A stretch of 64,000 bases of DNA, taken from NCBI GenBank assembly GCA_030265395.1, contig JARFYF010000001.1, forward strand, positions 112,948,622-113,012,621. The letters are read 5' to 3'. Below the pieces are notes generated by a model. That model was not told where the DNA came from and searched no databases. It was given only the letters and a program-made list of their open reading frames with translations. The position numbers were made by a program, and so were the translations under genes. Shown here in pieces: positions 48,104 through 61,560 of the stretch; within the stretch, counting starts at the first letter, position 1, and the number at the start of each line of letters is the position of its first letter. This DNA comes from Rhina ancylostomus. Taxonomy: Eukaryota.

Positions 48104-49456
48104 ATTGCAATTTCAAATCTCAGCATTCACATTACTTCGTATTGCCCTGTGGTACAACCTCACATCTGCAAGACATGACAGGATGCAGGTTCAAGCCTTT
48201 AATTATTACCTGGTGACCATGGGTTAGCTGAGGCAACACATCCCCTAGTGTTGTTTACTTGTGCATGGATCACAACAGTAGCTTGATCTAATCTGAGTTA
48301 ATAAGGAACTTAAGGTGGTTTACATTGTACTGACAGCAATCTAACTTGTGTATCTGTATCCCAATTAAAATAGCCCACAGCACAGAAAGAGTTAAGAGGT
48401 GTAAATAAACTTGTGTTAGCCCATATCTAGAATTGAAGATCAGGAAGTAATTATTCTTCATTATCTTCTTGAGATGAGCCATTCTTATGAATCATGGAAA
48501 ACCTTGCTTCTCAGTAATTTCTATTGTCCAGAATTACTGTTCCAATTGATATAAACATAATGTGGTCCCCATTAGCCAGTTTTCATGTTCAACAGACTAG
48601 TTATTTCTCGGCCAGATACCACACATACAGAGGAAATTAATGCTAAATTCAAACAAGATTTAATATTCTTACTCCACAATAAACCCACCATATTAAATTT
48701 CCCAGCACATTGAGGTGGCTTTCTGCCAGTTTAAAATGTATGCTAATATATACAGCAGTAGGCTTGTGAACAAATCTCACTATCTACTTAACACATTCCC
48801 CTTTGCAACTCCCACACACACTGGTGACTGCATCCTTCCAGTAAACCATCTGCTCTTATAATTTTTATTCAATTGTCACTTTTCTTCCTTGGTAATTTAT
48901 TGGTTTACGCACAAGCACGTATCTCATGTACGTATGCAGTTATTTTATGTAAGCCACGTCATAACCATGGGGAATGTAGGGGAGGATTACAGAAACAAAA
49001 AGAATTCAGCATTGGGCAGTTTTAGTCATACTCCACCTTGCCTCAACAACTGTGTCATTTCAGCTGGTTAGGAAAATCTAATTCTCCACTAACCTCTCGA
49101 GCAATAAGCAGCATTTAAATTTCAAAGATTTGTTTTAAATGGCAAGCAAAAATAGATTAAGAAGATATTAAGATAAATTCTAATCCTATGGAGGGTTTAT
49201 TCATTTTAAAACAATAATCTGGAATCACAATCCAATCTAAAGCTCACAGTCCTAATGTCTAGACTATTGCAGGAACAGAACAATGTGTGCTCAGGGTCCA
49301 AAGATGCACCATGCATAGCTCAGAATTTCACAATCAAAGATACCCAAAATCATACTTATTATAGTGGCTTCTTTTACGTGTAAGTCACTGGCAGTACCAG
49401 CATGGTCATGGAAACACAGAAAAATAGGAAAAGGAATGTCTAGAAATCTGCTACCT

Positions 49457-50390
49457 TCAAAGTCAAAGTCATTTATTGTCATATGCACAAGTACATATAT
49501 GCACAGGTGCCATGAAAAACTTACTTGCAGCAGCATCACAGGCACATAGCATCATATAAGCAGCATTTACACAACATAAATTATACAAAATGATACAAGA
49601 AAAAACACAACTAGAACAAAAAAAAGTCCATTGTAGTGCAATGTGGTCATAGTGTGGTAGTGTTTAGGGTTGTGCAAGTTGGTTCAAGAACCAGATGGTT
49701 GATGGGAAGTAACTGTTCTTGAACCTGGTGGTGTGGGACTTAAGGCTTCTGTACCCCCTGCCCAATGGTAGCTACAAGAAGATGGCATAGCCCTGATGGT
49801 GAGGATCTTTGGTGATAGATGTTGCCTTCTTGAGGCAGCATCTCATGAAGGTCCTTCCAATGATGCGGAGGGATGTGCCCATGATGTATTGGGCTGAGTC
49901 CACTATTCTCTGCAGCTTCTTACGTTTCTGCACATTTGAATTGCCGTACCAGACCATGATGCAACCAGTCAGTATATTTTCAGCAGTACATCTATAGAAG
50001 TTTGTTAGAGTGTTTGGTGACATGCCAAACCTCTTTAAACTTTTAAGAAAGTAAAGACACTTGCATGCCTTCCTTGTGATTGCTCCATGTGCAGGGCCCA
50101 GGACAGATCATCCAATATGTTAACAGCCAGGAATTAAAAGCTGCTGGCTCTTTCCACCGCTGATTCCCCCAATGTAGATTGGTGCATGTTCACCCTCCTT
50201 CCCCTTCCTGAAGTCAATCAATTCTTTAGTTTCACTGACATTGAGTGAAAGATTGTTGTTGCAGCACCACTCAGTCAGGTGTTCTACCCTGATCCTGTAC
50301 ACTGACTCATCACTACCTGTGAATCGACAGTAGTGTCATTGGCAAATTTGTATGTGGCATTGGAGCTGTGTTTAGCCACACAGTCGTGTG
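49457..50390 (-). mobile_element. Rex1/Babar LINE 3' portion
   Basis: ORFs HLTEWCCNNNLSLNVSETKELIDFRK and LTNFYRCTAENILTGCIMVWYGN...KKLQRIV...KDPHH; short tandem (TCAAAG)n tail at 49457. Confidence 0.9.
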
Positions 50391-51169
50391 TGCATAAGGA
50401 GTGGAGCAGGGGCAACTTTGAGGTACAGCTGTGCCTGTGTTGGTTGTATTAATGCATGTGTTGATGTGGTGTCAATGCATGTTGTAAGTGTATATGGAAG
50501 TGACAATAAACTGATTCTGATTCTGGTATCCATGCTTCTTGTGGTATCCATGTGTCATGCACCCCTACTTTACTCTTTAATGCCATCTCAACATTACAAT
50601 TACTGTTTGGAGGTCTATAGGCAACCCTCACAAGTGTGTTCTTCCCCTTGGGTCTTCTTACCTTGACCCAAACTGATTCAAAATCTTGATTTTCTGGGTG
50701 AATATCCTTTCCAACTGTTCTCTGATTTCATCCTTTACTAAGAACACCTTTTCCTTCTATTCATCCTCGGATATCCTGCCCGTTTTTAACATTGACACAA
50801 GAAATTCTGCAGATGCTGGAATCTGGAGCAATACACAAAAACATTTAACATTTATAGACATTTTAGCATTTTTTGTACTATGGTCCTATTTGTCTTATTA
50901 TCTTACATGAACGCTTTGTGTTAATGCACTCTTTTGATTGTACTCTCTGTCCTTTCCTGAAACAATTTGGTTATCCTTACCTCAATCTTTTTCCTGCACC
51001 ACTTCTTTGCTTTATCTCTTTAGCATTCTAGTTCCTGTTCCGCTAGGACCCCCCCCCCCACTTACTTAATTTAAAGCCCCACCTACTTCCCTAGTTATTC
51101 CCTGGTTATTCACTAGAACTCTGGCCCCAGCATGTTTCAGGTGTAATCCTCCTCTAATTGCTCCTGAAC

Positions 51170-51460
51170 TGAAGAGGCAGTTAAGAATCAATTAGATTGG
51201 TGAGTCTGGAATCACATGGAGGCCAAAATGAATATGAGTATGAAATTTCCTTTTCTTTAGGATATTAATAAATCAGATGTGTTTCTACAACAATCTAGTA
51301 GTTTTATGGTTACTGTTAATATGACTATCTTTTTTTTAATTCCATATTTATCTAATCACTTGAATTTAAATACCCCAACTGCCATGGTAGAATTTGACCT
51401 CACGTCTCTGGTCCTACGTCCAGAACTTTAGTTGGTAATTCATTAACATAACTACACCTG
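51170..51460 (-). mobile_element. Old tRNA-derived SINE remnant
   Basis: Degenerate B-box-like GGTCAAATTC (reverse complement of GAATTTGACC at ~51391) within a SINE-like head and body. Confidence 0.45.
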
Positions 51461-53689
51461 AACGTCCTACTCCCTCTGCTTTATCCTACAACATTACTTG
51501 GACTTTGAAAGCAATGTAGACCCCAGAGGAAACCCTTCACCCTTCCCTGGCTGAGTTTCATTTCCTAACCCCAGATCATAATTGTCTCCAGCTATTCCTC
51601 TTAATCACTTATCTGACTGTATGAACTTTCTAGTAGGTGCTGGTGATAGGTTCCTGCTACTCAAGATGACTTTTCCCTCATGCACCAGCTGACCAACACT
51701 TCCCACCAGGTCAAAAGAAGGACTTGGGCTATGCAGATGCCATCCAAGGGTTAAAATTCAGACTGTTTTCCTTGCCTGCACCTCAACCTAATCCCTCCAT
51801 CCCCACCAACCCCACATAACACTCACCAGAGAATGAAATCTGTATTCTGGTTTCTCAAGAACAAAAGACAGTGCATGACTTACATGCATCCTTGAGGCTA
51901 TAGTTTGCAATATTTTTGGACTTTTGCCCATACAGTGTTTTAGCTTAATTGATTAGTTGGGTCCATTCACTCACATACAAATAGAGTACAAACTTGTTAT
52001 CAGCTCTTATGTTCACACTGCACAATGTCCTTCTGCTTAGATGGACACAAATGAATTAGTTGACTGAAAAAAGGCTTTCTGGTCCGTCAGGTCCACTTAC
52101 CATTTGCACTTGTGCCACAGGCTGTGCCCAACCATTATGCTGTACTCTAAACCTCAATTATTTCTACTTTGCCTCACACTTAAACAATGACTATAAAATC
52201 AGGATATTAACCCTTAGGATTATTGTCTGCACCCTTTGGGGACGATGAATGCTGAATCAGTTTCAAATTGGTATCCAAAATCAGGGATGCTTTTGTGGCA
52301 TGGGTAGCACAGAATACTGTTATCAGTGAGGACAACTGAGCCTTGCAGGAATAATATAGAGGTTTGACAACAGTGTGTCCATTTTGACCACTCAGTGTTT
52401 CAGCTCTTAAGTTCACACAGCTGAAAGCATGTTCAGCAGCTGGAACAAACCTCCACTGACGCAGAGGCACTGTGACATCCTCTGGTTGATTTTTACTGGC
52501 TGGTCCTACAGTTCTGTGAGTGTTTGCTATTTCCTAATCTTCTGTAAGGTTTCTGATGTACAAGTGGTGTACTTAATTTCAAGGCTTCTACAATACCAAA
52601 TTGTTCCCAGACATAGGAACTTGAGTAGGCATGAATCTTGGATTAAAACATTGCATGGAATATGTGCATAGAACAGGCAGTCTACAAATGTTTGGCAGTG
52701 TTTAGTTTGTGTTTTTAATTTTAATCTTTTTTTTTGTTTGATTGATTTTTGGTAGTTTTGAATGTTTTAAAATGTTGTTGACAGGTTTGGCAATGCACCA
52801 AGCCAGGGACATCACTGGCAAAGCTTGTTACAGCTCTTTTGTGAATGAGGCCTGTTCTGACCTCCCACATGACAGCATTAAGTGGTGCTGTTGTGTAGAA
52901 CTATACCATCGACTTGGTTGAGCAAGTTGACAACAGTGGATACACGGCAGGTAAATTTGTACTTGCATGTAAGTCAGCGGCTAATACAGTTTCTGGCTCT
53001 AGGTAACTTTGTCACCAATGTTCTCCAGGCTGTAGGTGGAGAGATTTAAAACCTTTTGCACTTTGCCATTGTCTGTTACCTAAGAGAGCTCATTGACAAT
53101 CTCTATTCAAATTGTTCTCAGACAGTCCCATAACTTCAACCCCCCACATCTTTGTAATATCTGCTTGCAAGACAACCTTCCAAGGATTTGTCCTCTTCAT
53201 CATCCCCGAATTTAATTCCTCCACCATCTTAAGCTCTGGAATTCTCAAGATCTTCTCTATTCTACCTCTGTCTTTCCTTTAATTCATTCCATAAAATCTA
53301 AAAGCCCATTGACCAACATTAGCTCATATGCACTAATACCTCCTACGTAAGCCCAGTGTAAATTTTGTTTTATAATGCTCCCTTGAGACGTTGTGAGGCA
53401 TTGGAGATGGTACCACAATGCAAACTATCGAATTCTGGTATGATGCAGTACCACAACAGTAACATCTGTATTTCAGCCACCATGACAAACCAAAGGGTGT
53501 TGTTGTGTGACAGGAGCTAAACACTGACAGAACGTCTTCAGTGTACTGCACTAGCCGGTATCGCTTTTCAAAAGTCTGGCCAATAGTATTTTTCCCTAAA
53601 CTTTAATTATTTTAATTGTTTCCTTGCGTTTAAAGCATTTCATTCTTGTGACTTTCAGATTAGTTGAGAAAGTTCTACTTCTATTTCTT

Positions 53690-54900
53690 CATTCAAATTG
53701 ACTGACATTTGGCAGATACAATATAATCTGTGTGAAGTGTTTTGCCTTGTAGGAGAAACAATATGGAGAGGCAATGTAGTCTAAACCATACTATTCTGAG
53801 GAAAGTACAAGATCCAAGAAACCTGATGGTGCATATTTATACATCTGGGGCAGAGTAAATTATTAAAGTACTTACCAAAGTGCATGGGATTCCTGCCTTT
53901 AAGTGCAGAAGTATTGAATTCAAAATAAATATAGTCATGCTAGATGTGTACAAAATCACACACCTCAGCTGGAATTTGGATAAACTTCTCAGCACCACAC
54001 TTTAGGAACGATGGCAGGGCATTGGAGAGAGTTCTGAGGATATCTACATGTCACAAAGTTGAGCAAAGAGCAAGCTCACAGAGAACCCAAATGCAGAACA
54101 CAGATATAAGACTGGAGTCAGGATACATCCTCAGGAGGAAACACAGACAGTAACTGGAAGGAACCTTGCCTCAGAGATCTGAAGAGGGATCCCAACATGA
54201 ACTGGATCTTCAAAAAGGAATAGATAACACAGGACTGCTCTAGAGTAGAGCACACTAAGCAGCTAGGAGCCAACATATACCCAAAGGTAGACCAATACTC
54301 TGGCAACTAGTGCCAGAGAAACCCAGATACTTATGCTAGGCCCCTGATGGGGCTCAGGTGTGTGTTATTATGCAATGAGTCCAGGATGGAATCCATGTGC
54401 TATACAACAAAGCATTAAGGGAGCCAAATTGAGGGCCAGAATCCAGAACCATGACACTACAATGGATACCAGGAACAAAGGATTCATTTCTGTGAAAAGA
54501 TTGGAGTAACTGGGATTGTTCTTCATAGGGCAGAAAAAGTGAAAGCTAATGGTATTCCAAGCTACAAGGGGTTTCAATAAAGGAAGCAAGTAGAACTAGC
54601 TTCCTCCAGTAGGTGATTTATTAATCAGAAGCAACAGATTTAAAATAATTTGCAAGAGAATTAGAGGGGAACTGAGGGTTACTTTTTTGCTCTGCAGAGA
54701 GCAATCCAGATTTGGAATGCACCACTAAAAGAAGGTGGAAACAAATTCCACAGGACCTTCCAAAAAGTGATTAGTGAGAGGAACTAATCTATTGAACTCT
54801 GGAGAAAAGGCTGAGCTGTGGGACTAAATTAGATGGTTCTTTCAAAGAGCGAGCACATGGATGATGGGCCAAATGTCCTCCTGTGTTATAGTAGGATTTA
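53690..54900 (+). mobile_element. Highly degraded CR1 RT C-terminus and 3'UTR, split by LTR copy 3
   Basis: PHFRNDGRALERV motif on the left of the LTR continues on the right; GATGGGCCAAATGTCCTCC tail. Confidence 0.6.
54049..54456 (-). mobile_element. Solo LTR family A, copy 3, complete (408 bp)
   Basis: TGTCA...TGACA termini; perfect 5-bp TSD CTACA (54044-48 and 54457-61); inserted inside an old CR1 remnant. Confidence 0.9.
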
Positions 54901-56744
54901 AATCAATTCTATGAATCAATAAGTGCATTGTTTCATTATCCTCCTTCATAAAATGTGAAATCTCTGCACTCTTTTCCTTTTGATGATCACCTGGAGAATG
55001 AATTTCCTTTCTGCTCAATGCATTAATTGTGCAGTCTGATCCAAAGGTATGAAAGGTAAAATGATTTTTTAAAGACTGCTCCGCAGTTACGTGTAACCAT
55101 TTTCCACTGGTCTTTTTCTAACAATTCTTCAATGGAATGTAAAAGAGCTAATCCTGGAACTGCTCATGTAAAAACCTCTCCAAACCACCTGCCAGTGTGA
55201 ATCTTTCTCTATGCTGTAACAGCAGCACAGCTCATCAAATGGAAATTGATCCTCATGTTCCTTCCCTCGTGATGAAAATGTGAATTACTGATACAAAAAA
55301 ATCATCTGCAACAATTAACAAGGGATTTCAATATCCCGGTTGACTACACCTGGTGCTATATCAAAATCATCAGTCTGAAGCTAATACGAGGTTACCATAT
55401 TAATAATGAGAGATAAAACTTAGCTTCCCCAATCTTACAAGTAAAGATGTATGTTCAAATTTCAATAAGTACCAGTTAATGCAGTACAAGAATGGCCTGT
55501 CTGTCACATTTCACCATCACATGCCATAGGGTATTATCCCATTCAAAATCATCACAGTATGAAATCCAGAAACTGCACAATCAATTCCTGTGCCTCAAGG
55601 GACACACATAATGTTGAAGAGGACAGCCTACTCTCTGCTTCAATAGCAGCTTCATACTGTGGAGTGATTTTTGTGTCACTATTTGCTACCATTTCTGTAT
55701 TTATATTTTAAAAAAGTATGTAATCATCCCACGGAAAAAGTCTGAATCAATTTAGTTTATGATGAAAGACAACTTAGTATTTGGTATTATTTTGCACTAA
55801 ATTAAATCAAAATTATTTTGAATAATATTTTAAATCAGTTGTCCTTGAAAAAAATTACCAGTATGTACAGGTATTTTTTTGTTGCCTCTATCCACTCATT
55901 ATTCCAACTATAACTGAAGTAGCTGATCCTATCAGCAACATTTACATAAATGACAGATGTCCTGCCCAGTGAACAACTATTGGAGAAACTAATCAATGTG
56001 TTTCTCATGAATTGCTAATACTGACATCCATCCATCTAACTAAATTCGGATTTCATTTCTATTAAGTAATGTATATTTATAGCTATTAATTTTGCAAACA
56101 CATTAACATATCATGAAATCTTATCATAGGTTTATTGTATTTGGATGTTTAGCATATTGTTCGGCACCTCATACATTCCTCCATTTGAATGGACACATTA
56201 ACCTGTTTGAAATATTGGACGAGATCTTGCTGGAACCACCAACATTTAGCTATTTAAGTGACAGTATGTCGAGGACTTATGCAAAACCCCAGACTTACTG
56301 ATGGCAAATGTGTGATTTCAGGCTACTGCAGTAGAACTTTTACCTCTTGCACCCTTTGTCAGGTTAAATAATGCAGGATCTAAGACTTCATTGATCCTAA
56401 TGGGGATTATTGGACCATGGTTTAGGAGGCAAAGAAGAAAACATGTTCCTTTTTCTTAATTATTTCAGTTTAGTTTAATATTTTTGATTATTTCTACGTG
56501 GTTCTAGGTGTTTTGATTAATTATTTTTATGCCTTTTAAATGATAAGCAATTTAGGTGGGATCTTTCAGAGATGTTTTCAGGGTAGAGCTTCCTTCTTGA
56601 CCAGTCGGAATCCTTCTTTCATTCAGGCCAGCTAAATGGGTGAACTGTATCTGGACATAGCAATTACAGGCAGAAGTACTGTTTCAGCGACGTCTAGCGC
56701 AAAGTCATTGTTAGCTATATAACTTCAGCCTTCCTGTTTCAGTG

Positions 56745-57085
56745 AGAGGCACCCTCACCCATGAGTCAGAAGATTCCACATTCCTGTCCTGCTCAAGAGA
56801 CCTGAGCATAACAATTTGAACAATAGTACTGAGGAAGCAATGCATGCCTGGAAGACCCTTCCCTTTAGATGAGATATTGTCTCCCAGATAAGATGTACGA
56901 CATTACAGTTTTGAAGATGTGCAATGGCATTATCTCCAATGTCCTGGGCGATATTTAGCCTACAATTAAAAATGTTATTCTGACTATTATCACATTACTG
57001 TTGATGGGAGTTTGTTGAATACAAGTTGAGTATCATATTTCCTACGTGGAAACACTGACTTTGTGACATTCAGAGGAAAGAGAAG
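56745..57085 (+). mobile_element. Deu-domain SINE remnant
   Basis: TGAGTCAGAAG head, CTTTAGATGAGAT and GTCCTGGGCGATATTTA blocks; a related remnant lies at ~37270-37590. Confidence 0.55.
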
Positions 57086-57149
57086 TTAGATATTGCTGTC
57101 CAGTAGAGTTCAAATGTGACTTACCATGAAAGGAGTAGTACAGAAGTCA

Positions 57150-57925
57150 CATGGTCCTGTTTGCTGAGAAATTGCACAATGTTTAATTGTGTTCGCAATT
57201 TCTCAGGAAATGAACCAGTCCAGGCAGATCTGGACAATGTTTGGACATGTAAATTCATTCACAAAAGTGTCAGGGAATGATAACCTCCAAGAAGAGAGAC
57301 ACTAACAACTATCCTTCACATTCCGTGCACTGCCATCACTATCAACATTCTGCAGGTCACCAGAAACCAGACTGCAATAGCCATGTAAAAACTGTGGTTA
57401 CAAGAACAAGTCAGAGGCTGTGTATCCTCACCTGACACCCCAAAGTCTTTCCACCACCTACAAAACACAAGTCAGGAGTGTGATGGAATGCCTTCCCCTT
57501 GTTTGGATGAATATGGATCTCAAGAAGCTTTGCATCAACTGGGACACTTGATTTTTCCCCAAACATTCAATCCTGCTGCCACTGATGCACAGTAGCTGCA
57601 GTGTGTACTATCTACAAAATGCACTGCACTTATTCACCTAGGCTATTCCAATCCAAGATTACACAGGCATGGGAACACCACAACATGTACATTCTCCTCC
57701 AAGTTCTACACCGACCTGATTTGGAAATGTATCACTGGTTCTTCATCATTATTGTGTCTAAGTCCTGGAATTTGCTCCCCAACATCATTGTGGGTGCTTT
57801 GTCATCAGAAGGACTGCAGCAGTTCAAGAAGGTGCTTCTCCATCATCTCCTCAGTGCTAATTAGGGATGGGCAATAAATGTTGGCCTTGATCATGACAAT
57901 CAGATCTTGAAAATGAAAAATTGGA
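57150..57925 (+). mobile_element. CR1/L2-clade LINE 3' remnant (second family)
   Basis: TYKTQVRSVME and VCTIYKMHC motifs, ending GGGATGGGCAATAAATGTTGGCCTTG; minus-strand relatives at ~10030-10275 and ~15545-15730. Confidence 0.7.
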
Positions 57926-58903
57926 ATAAAGTTGTTATGTTGTGCAGGATACGCTAAAGGAGAAACCAAGATATCAAGAGGAAGCTGAATTGCATTCTGA
58001 CTTCTTAACTGATAACATTTTCCGTTGTCTCATCCAACTTTGTAGGAGTAAAGGGCCAGAAGTTGAGAAATTGAAATTCGTATCCAACCTGTAATGTTAA
58101 TTAAAGACCTTCAAGAAGAATGCCATCATTCTGAATATCCTTTGCATACCTTAAAATGAAGTCAACCCAATTGCCGGTTGACAAATCATAATGAGTTTGA
58201 TCACAGGTGCACAAAATAAGAAAAAAAGACATACTGTGCAAATTTTTGTAGGATACAATTAAATCATCTTCTCAGTTAATGGTCTTCTATCTCCTGGACA
58301 CATACTACAATTTAATGAAGTACCTTTATACACTGAGGGAAAGATGAAATTGTCAGTGCATTCTTATTATGTAAAAGAATGCCATTCCTTGGCTAATCTG
58401 GTGAGGTCATTAGACATACAACACTTACTTGCCTTGCATAGGTTTTGGCAATTGCATTAATTACCATGAACATGTGCCTCTGTGCTTGGGTACTTCCTTT
58501 ATTCATTCCCAAAGAAGGCCCTCTTTCTCAGTTTGATCTTTGGTAGCAACCCCACAAAGAGTTCCAAATTTTAAGGTTCCCTGACTCTAATTAACCTCTG
58601 AATGCTAATTATATATTTGAAAAATAAAATATTTCATTGCTAAACAACACTTTAACCCCAGCTCATCCTATGATAAGCTTGTAATCTTAGTTGGCAAAAT
58701 TGCTGGACACTTCATTTATTATTCTAAGGCAACTGGAGAAATTCACTGGGGTTATAATTAAGGCTAATAGAACAAAAATACTGTCCTGCCTTACTTTCAA
58801 ACAAAGGGAAAATTTAGCCTTGAAAGATTTCAGAGAAAATTGCTATTATTATTGGAGCAATAAGCAAAAAGCAATGCAATTCACAAAACTTCACAGGGAA
58901 TCA

Positions 58904-58951
58904 AATAGCATTTCTCCAAATGCTATTCATACCTGAATAGCATTTGGAGAA
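58904..58951. repeat. Perfect 18-bp inverted repeat (4-nt loop) overlapping a 10-bp inverted repeat
   Basis: TTCTCCAAATGCTATTCA-TACC-TGAATAGCATTTGGAGAA and AATAGCATTT-CTCC-AAATGCTATT. Confidence 0.9.
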
Positions 58952-61169
58952 GTTTGAACAGTTAATTGCCTTGACAATTTCAGAAGTTATACAACTATTG
59001 TAAAGTTATTATCTTAGACCTAAATTATTCACCGAGGATGCATCATACATGAATTATTCATATCCATATGGAGTTGGATTGGAGGGTGTAGGCGACATTT
59101 TGATTCCCCACTGACTATAAAGTACAATTAATTCACAAAAGCAACATAGAATCAGGAAAAGAAAGATTTTCCACCGATGATGTGGTTATGTAATTGTTAA
59201 CATGTCTATATAAAGCCACTGTTTTCTTTTAGAGTATATGCATAGTTCCATATACATGTTCTATTTGATCCACTGTGAGTTAAATTGGGTCTTGCCATGT
59301 TCATGCCAAGAAGAAAATTCTCCATTTTTGTTATCACCCAAAGGTCCTAATAATCTTCCAGCTGCTTGTTCAGGGGTGAATATATCAAATATTCAGTCAG
59401 ATCTATCATATTTTTCTTTAGCTGCTTTCATTATAGAAAAGTTGAGCGTAAGGGCATCAGCGATCATGATTTGTCATTAATATATCCATCTGAGCAGATT
59501 ACAGAATTGTTTATCCAATATCCTACATTAGGGATTAGGCAAAGTTCGTTATCCAGTATTTAATTAATTTTATCCAGTGAAAATGTGGGATTTAAATTCT
59601 TCCTACTAATCTAAATGCATCTATACATTTATATTTTACATGTGACTATTGGATATATTTATAATCTGCAATGCGGACTGTGCAAAAGCCTGCTTCACAC
59701 AAATCAGTGAGCCACATCCAACTAATCCTAATCTACCACTCATAAGACGTTTCAAGGAATGAAAGCTGTATTGCCTCTGAGTAACATGACATATATCTTG
59801 AAACTAATCCACAGAAACTCATCTCTTCCTTCCCTTTATGTATTCACACTGGTCACAGGCTCCATGTTGGGTGGGAGTGAACAATTTGATGGGAGCTGCA
59901 AAGTTAATGCTGCTTTTATGTCAGAATATTGCTCTGCAAATTGGTTCTGTAATGTTAACTGCAACACTCGTTGCTATGGAAACTGCACTATTATTATGGC
60001 CTGGTGATTTTTACAGTAGTCTTTTCAAGGACTTCAGATAAGCTCTTGGCAGCAATCCACTCATGTAAACATGCTACAACGAAACCGCCAGGGCAAGAAA
60101 TCTAAATTAAATCAGTGACCAATGCATTTGTATAACAGAATGGAAGAGAATCATAGGTGAGGTTCTGTCTGTGGTCCTGCTTCAGAAAACTATAAGTTAC
60201 AAAAACAATGTTGAATTATTGTTGCAAGAATTTAAAAAACCGAAGGTCTTTCCAAAGCTTTCCATTATGATCACTTACAGCCAATAAGTGATTATCTCAC
60301 TTTGAAAGAAGGGGTAAGCAGAATCATTTTGGCTTCAGATTAGCAGCTTGCTGTTAACAAATCTATCATGAAGTAATGATTGGAAATGACATATTGTTAA
60401 ACTGACACCTGAACTCACAAAGCCATAATCGACTAGGGTGGTGCTGGTGGGTGACCAGCTAGCCTTGTACACTGGTAGAACCAGGAACAACAGTCCAATC
60501 AGTGGAGTGCATCACTTTTTCCCCTTGTCTCCACATAAACCTGTGCCATTATAGAAAGCCCCAGCTGATTAAGCAATTTAAAGATTATCAGAGCTCTCTG
60601 GTAGTAACTTGTGTGGGATTATCTGGTTATTTCAATCGGAGATTCCTAATGCTTTGGTTGCTGCCAGTGCATGGTTAAGATATCTAGATTTTAGCTGGGT
60701 ATAGGAATCTCTTCAAACTGCGGGGGTGGTGAAAGGTGGAATGGGGGTGAAACAGAACAAGCGCTGCCCACAAAACTATTATGAAAGCTTGTTAAAACAA
60801 CCAAGCAATCCCTCTTGGCCTAATGAGGTGTCAAGATACCATGAGTGTTTCTTGATATCTCTCACATTCAACAAAATTAAAAATCATTCAAAGGCTATTA
60901 CAGTGTAATAAAACTATTTAAAACTTATAGCATTATTAAATGTTCAAAAGTAAAACATTTCAAACTATTAAAAACCACTTAAAAAACTCAAAAAACTAAA
61001 ACATGTCAATTATTAATAATCTATTTTTGTTAACAAAATAAGGAAAGGCATAATGTTGCAGCACCAAAATGGACTGGGTTATGGGATGAGTAAATAATCA
61101 ATAGCTAGATCAGAGGAGGAAAAACAGAATCGTTACAATCAGTTGGTTTCTGAAGAAAAGGTGGGCAAT

Positions 61170-61560
61170 AGAATGATCTACACTGTTGAATTCATGTCGA
61201 ATCTAGAAGGCTGTAAATTACTCACTTGAAAGAGGGGGTGCTGTTCCTTGATCTTCCATTTATCTTTTGTTAGGAAGCCTATGACAGATAGATCAGAGTT
61301 GGGGTGGAGAACTAAAATTACTGACAATGGAAGTTCAAAGTCAAGTTCAGACTTGATGGAGGAGGTGTTCCACAAAGAAATTGCCCAAGCTATGCTTGGC
61401 CTCCTCAGAGCAGAAGAGATTGGATCAAAAGCATACTGTATAAATTTGAAAGGAGTAAACCTTTTAAACCTGAAAGGATTGTTTGGGGTATTGGAGGGCA
61501 GGAAAGAAGGAGATGAGAGGACAAGTGTTACATTCCAGAATACTGTGGTGGAATGAGTTT
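61170..61560 (-). mobile_element. Second Penelope-like GIY-YIG remnant, very degraded
   Basis: Minus strand GAGGCCAAGCATAGCTTGGGCAATTTCTTTGTGGAACACCTC translates EAKHSLGNFFVEHL, comparable to ETK.RLGDRFAE at ~4500. Confidence 0.55.
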
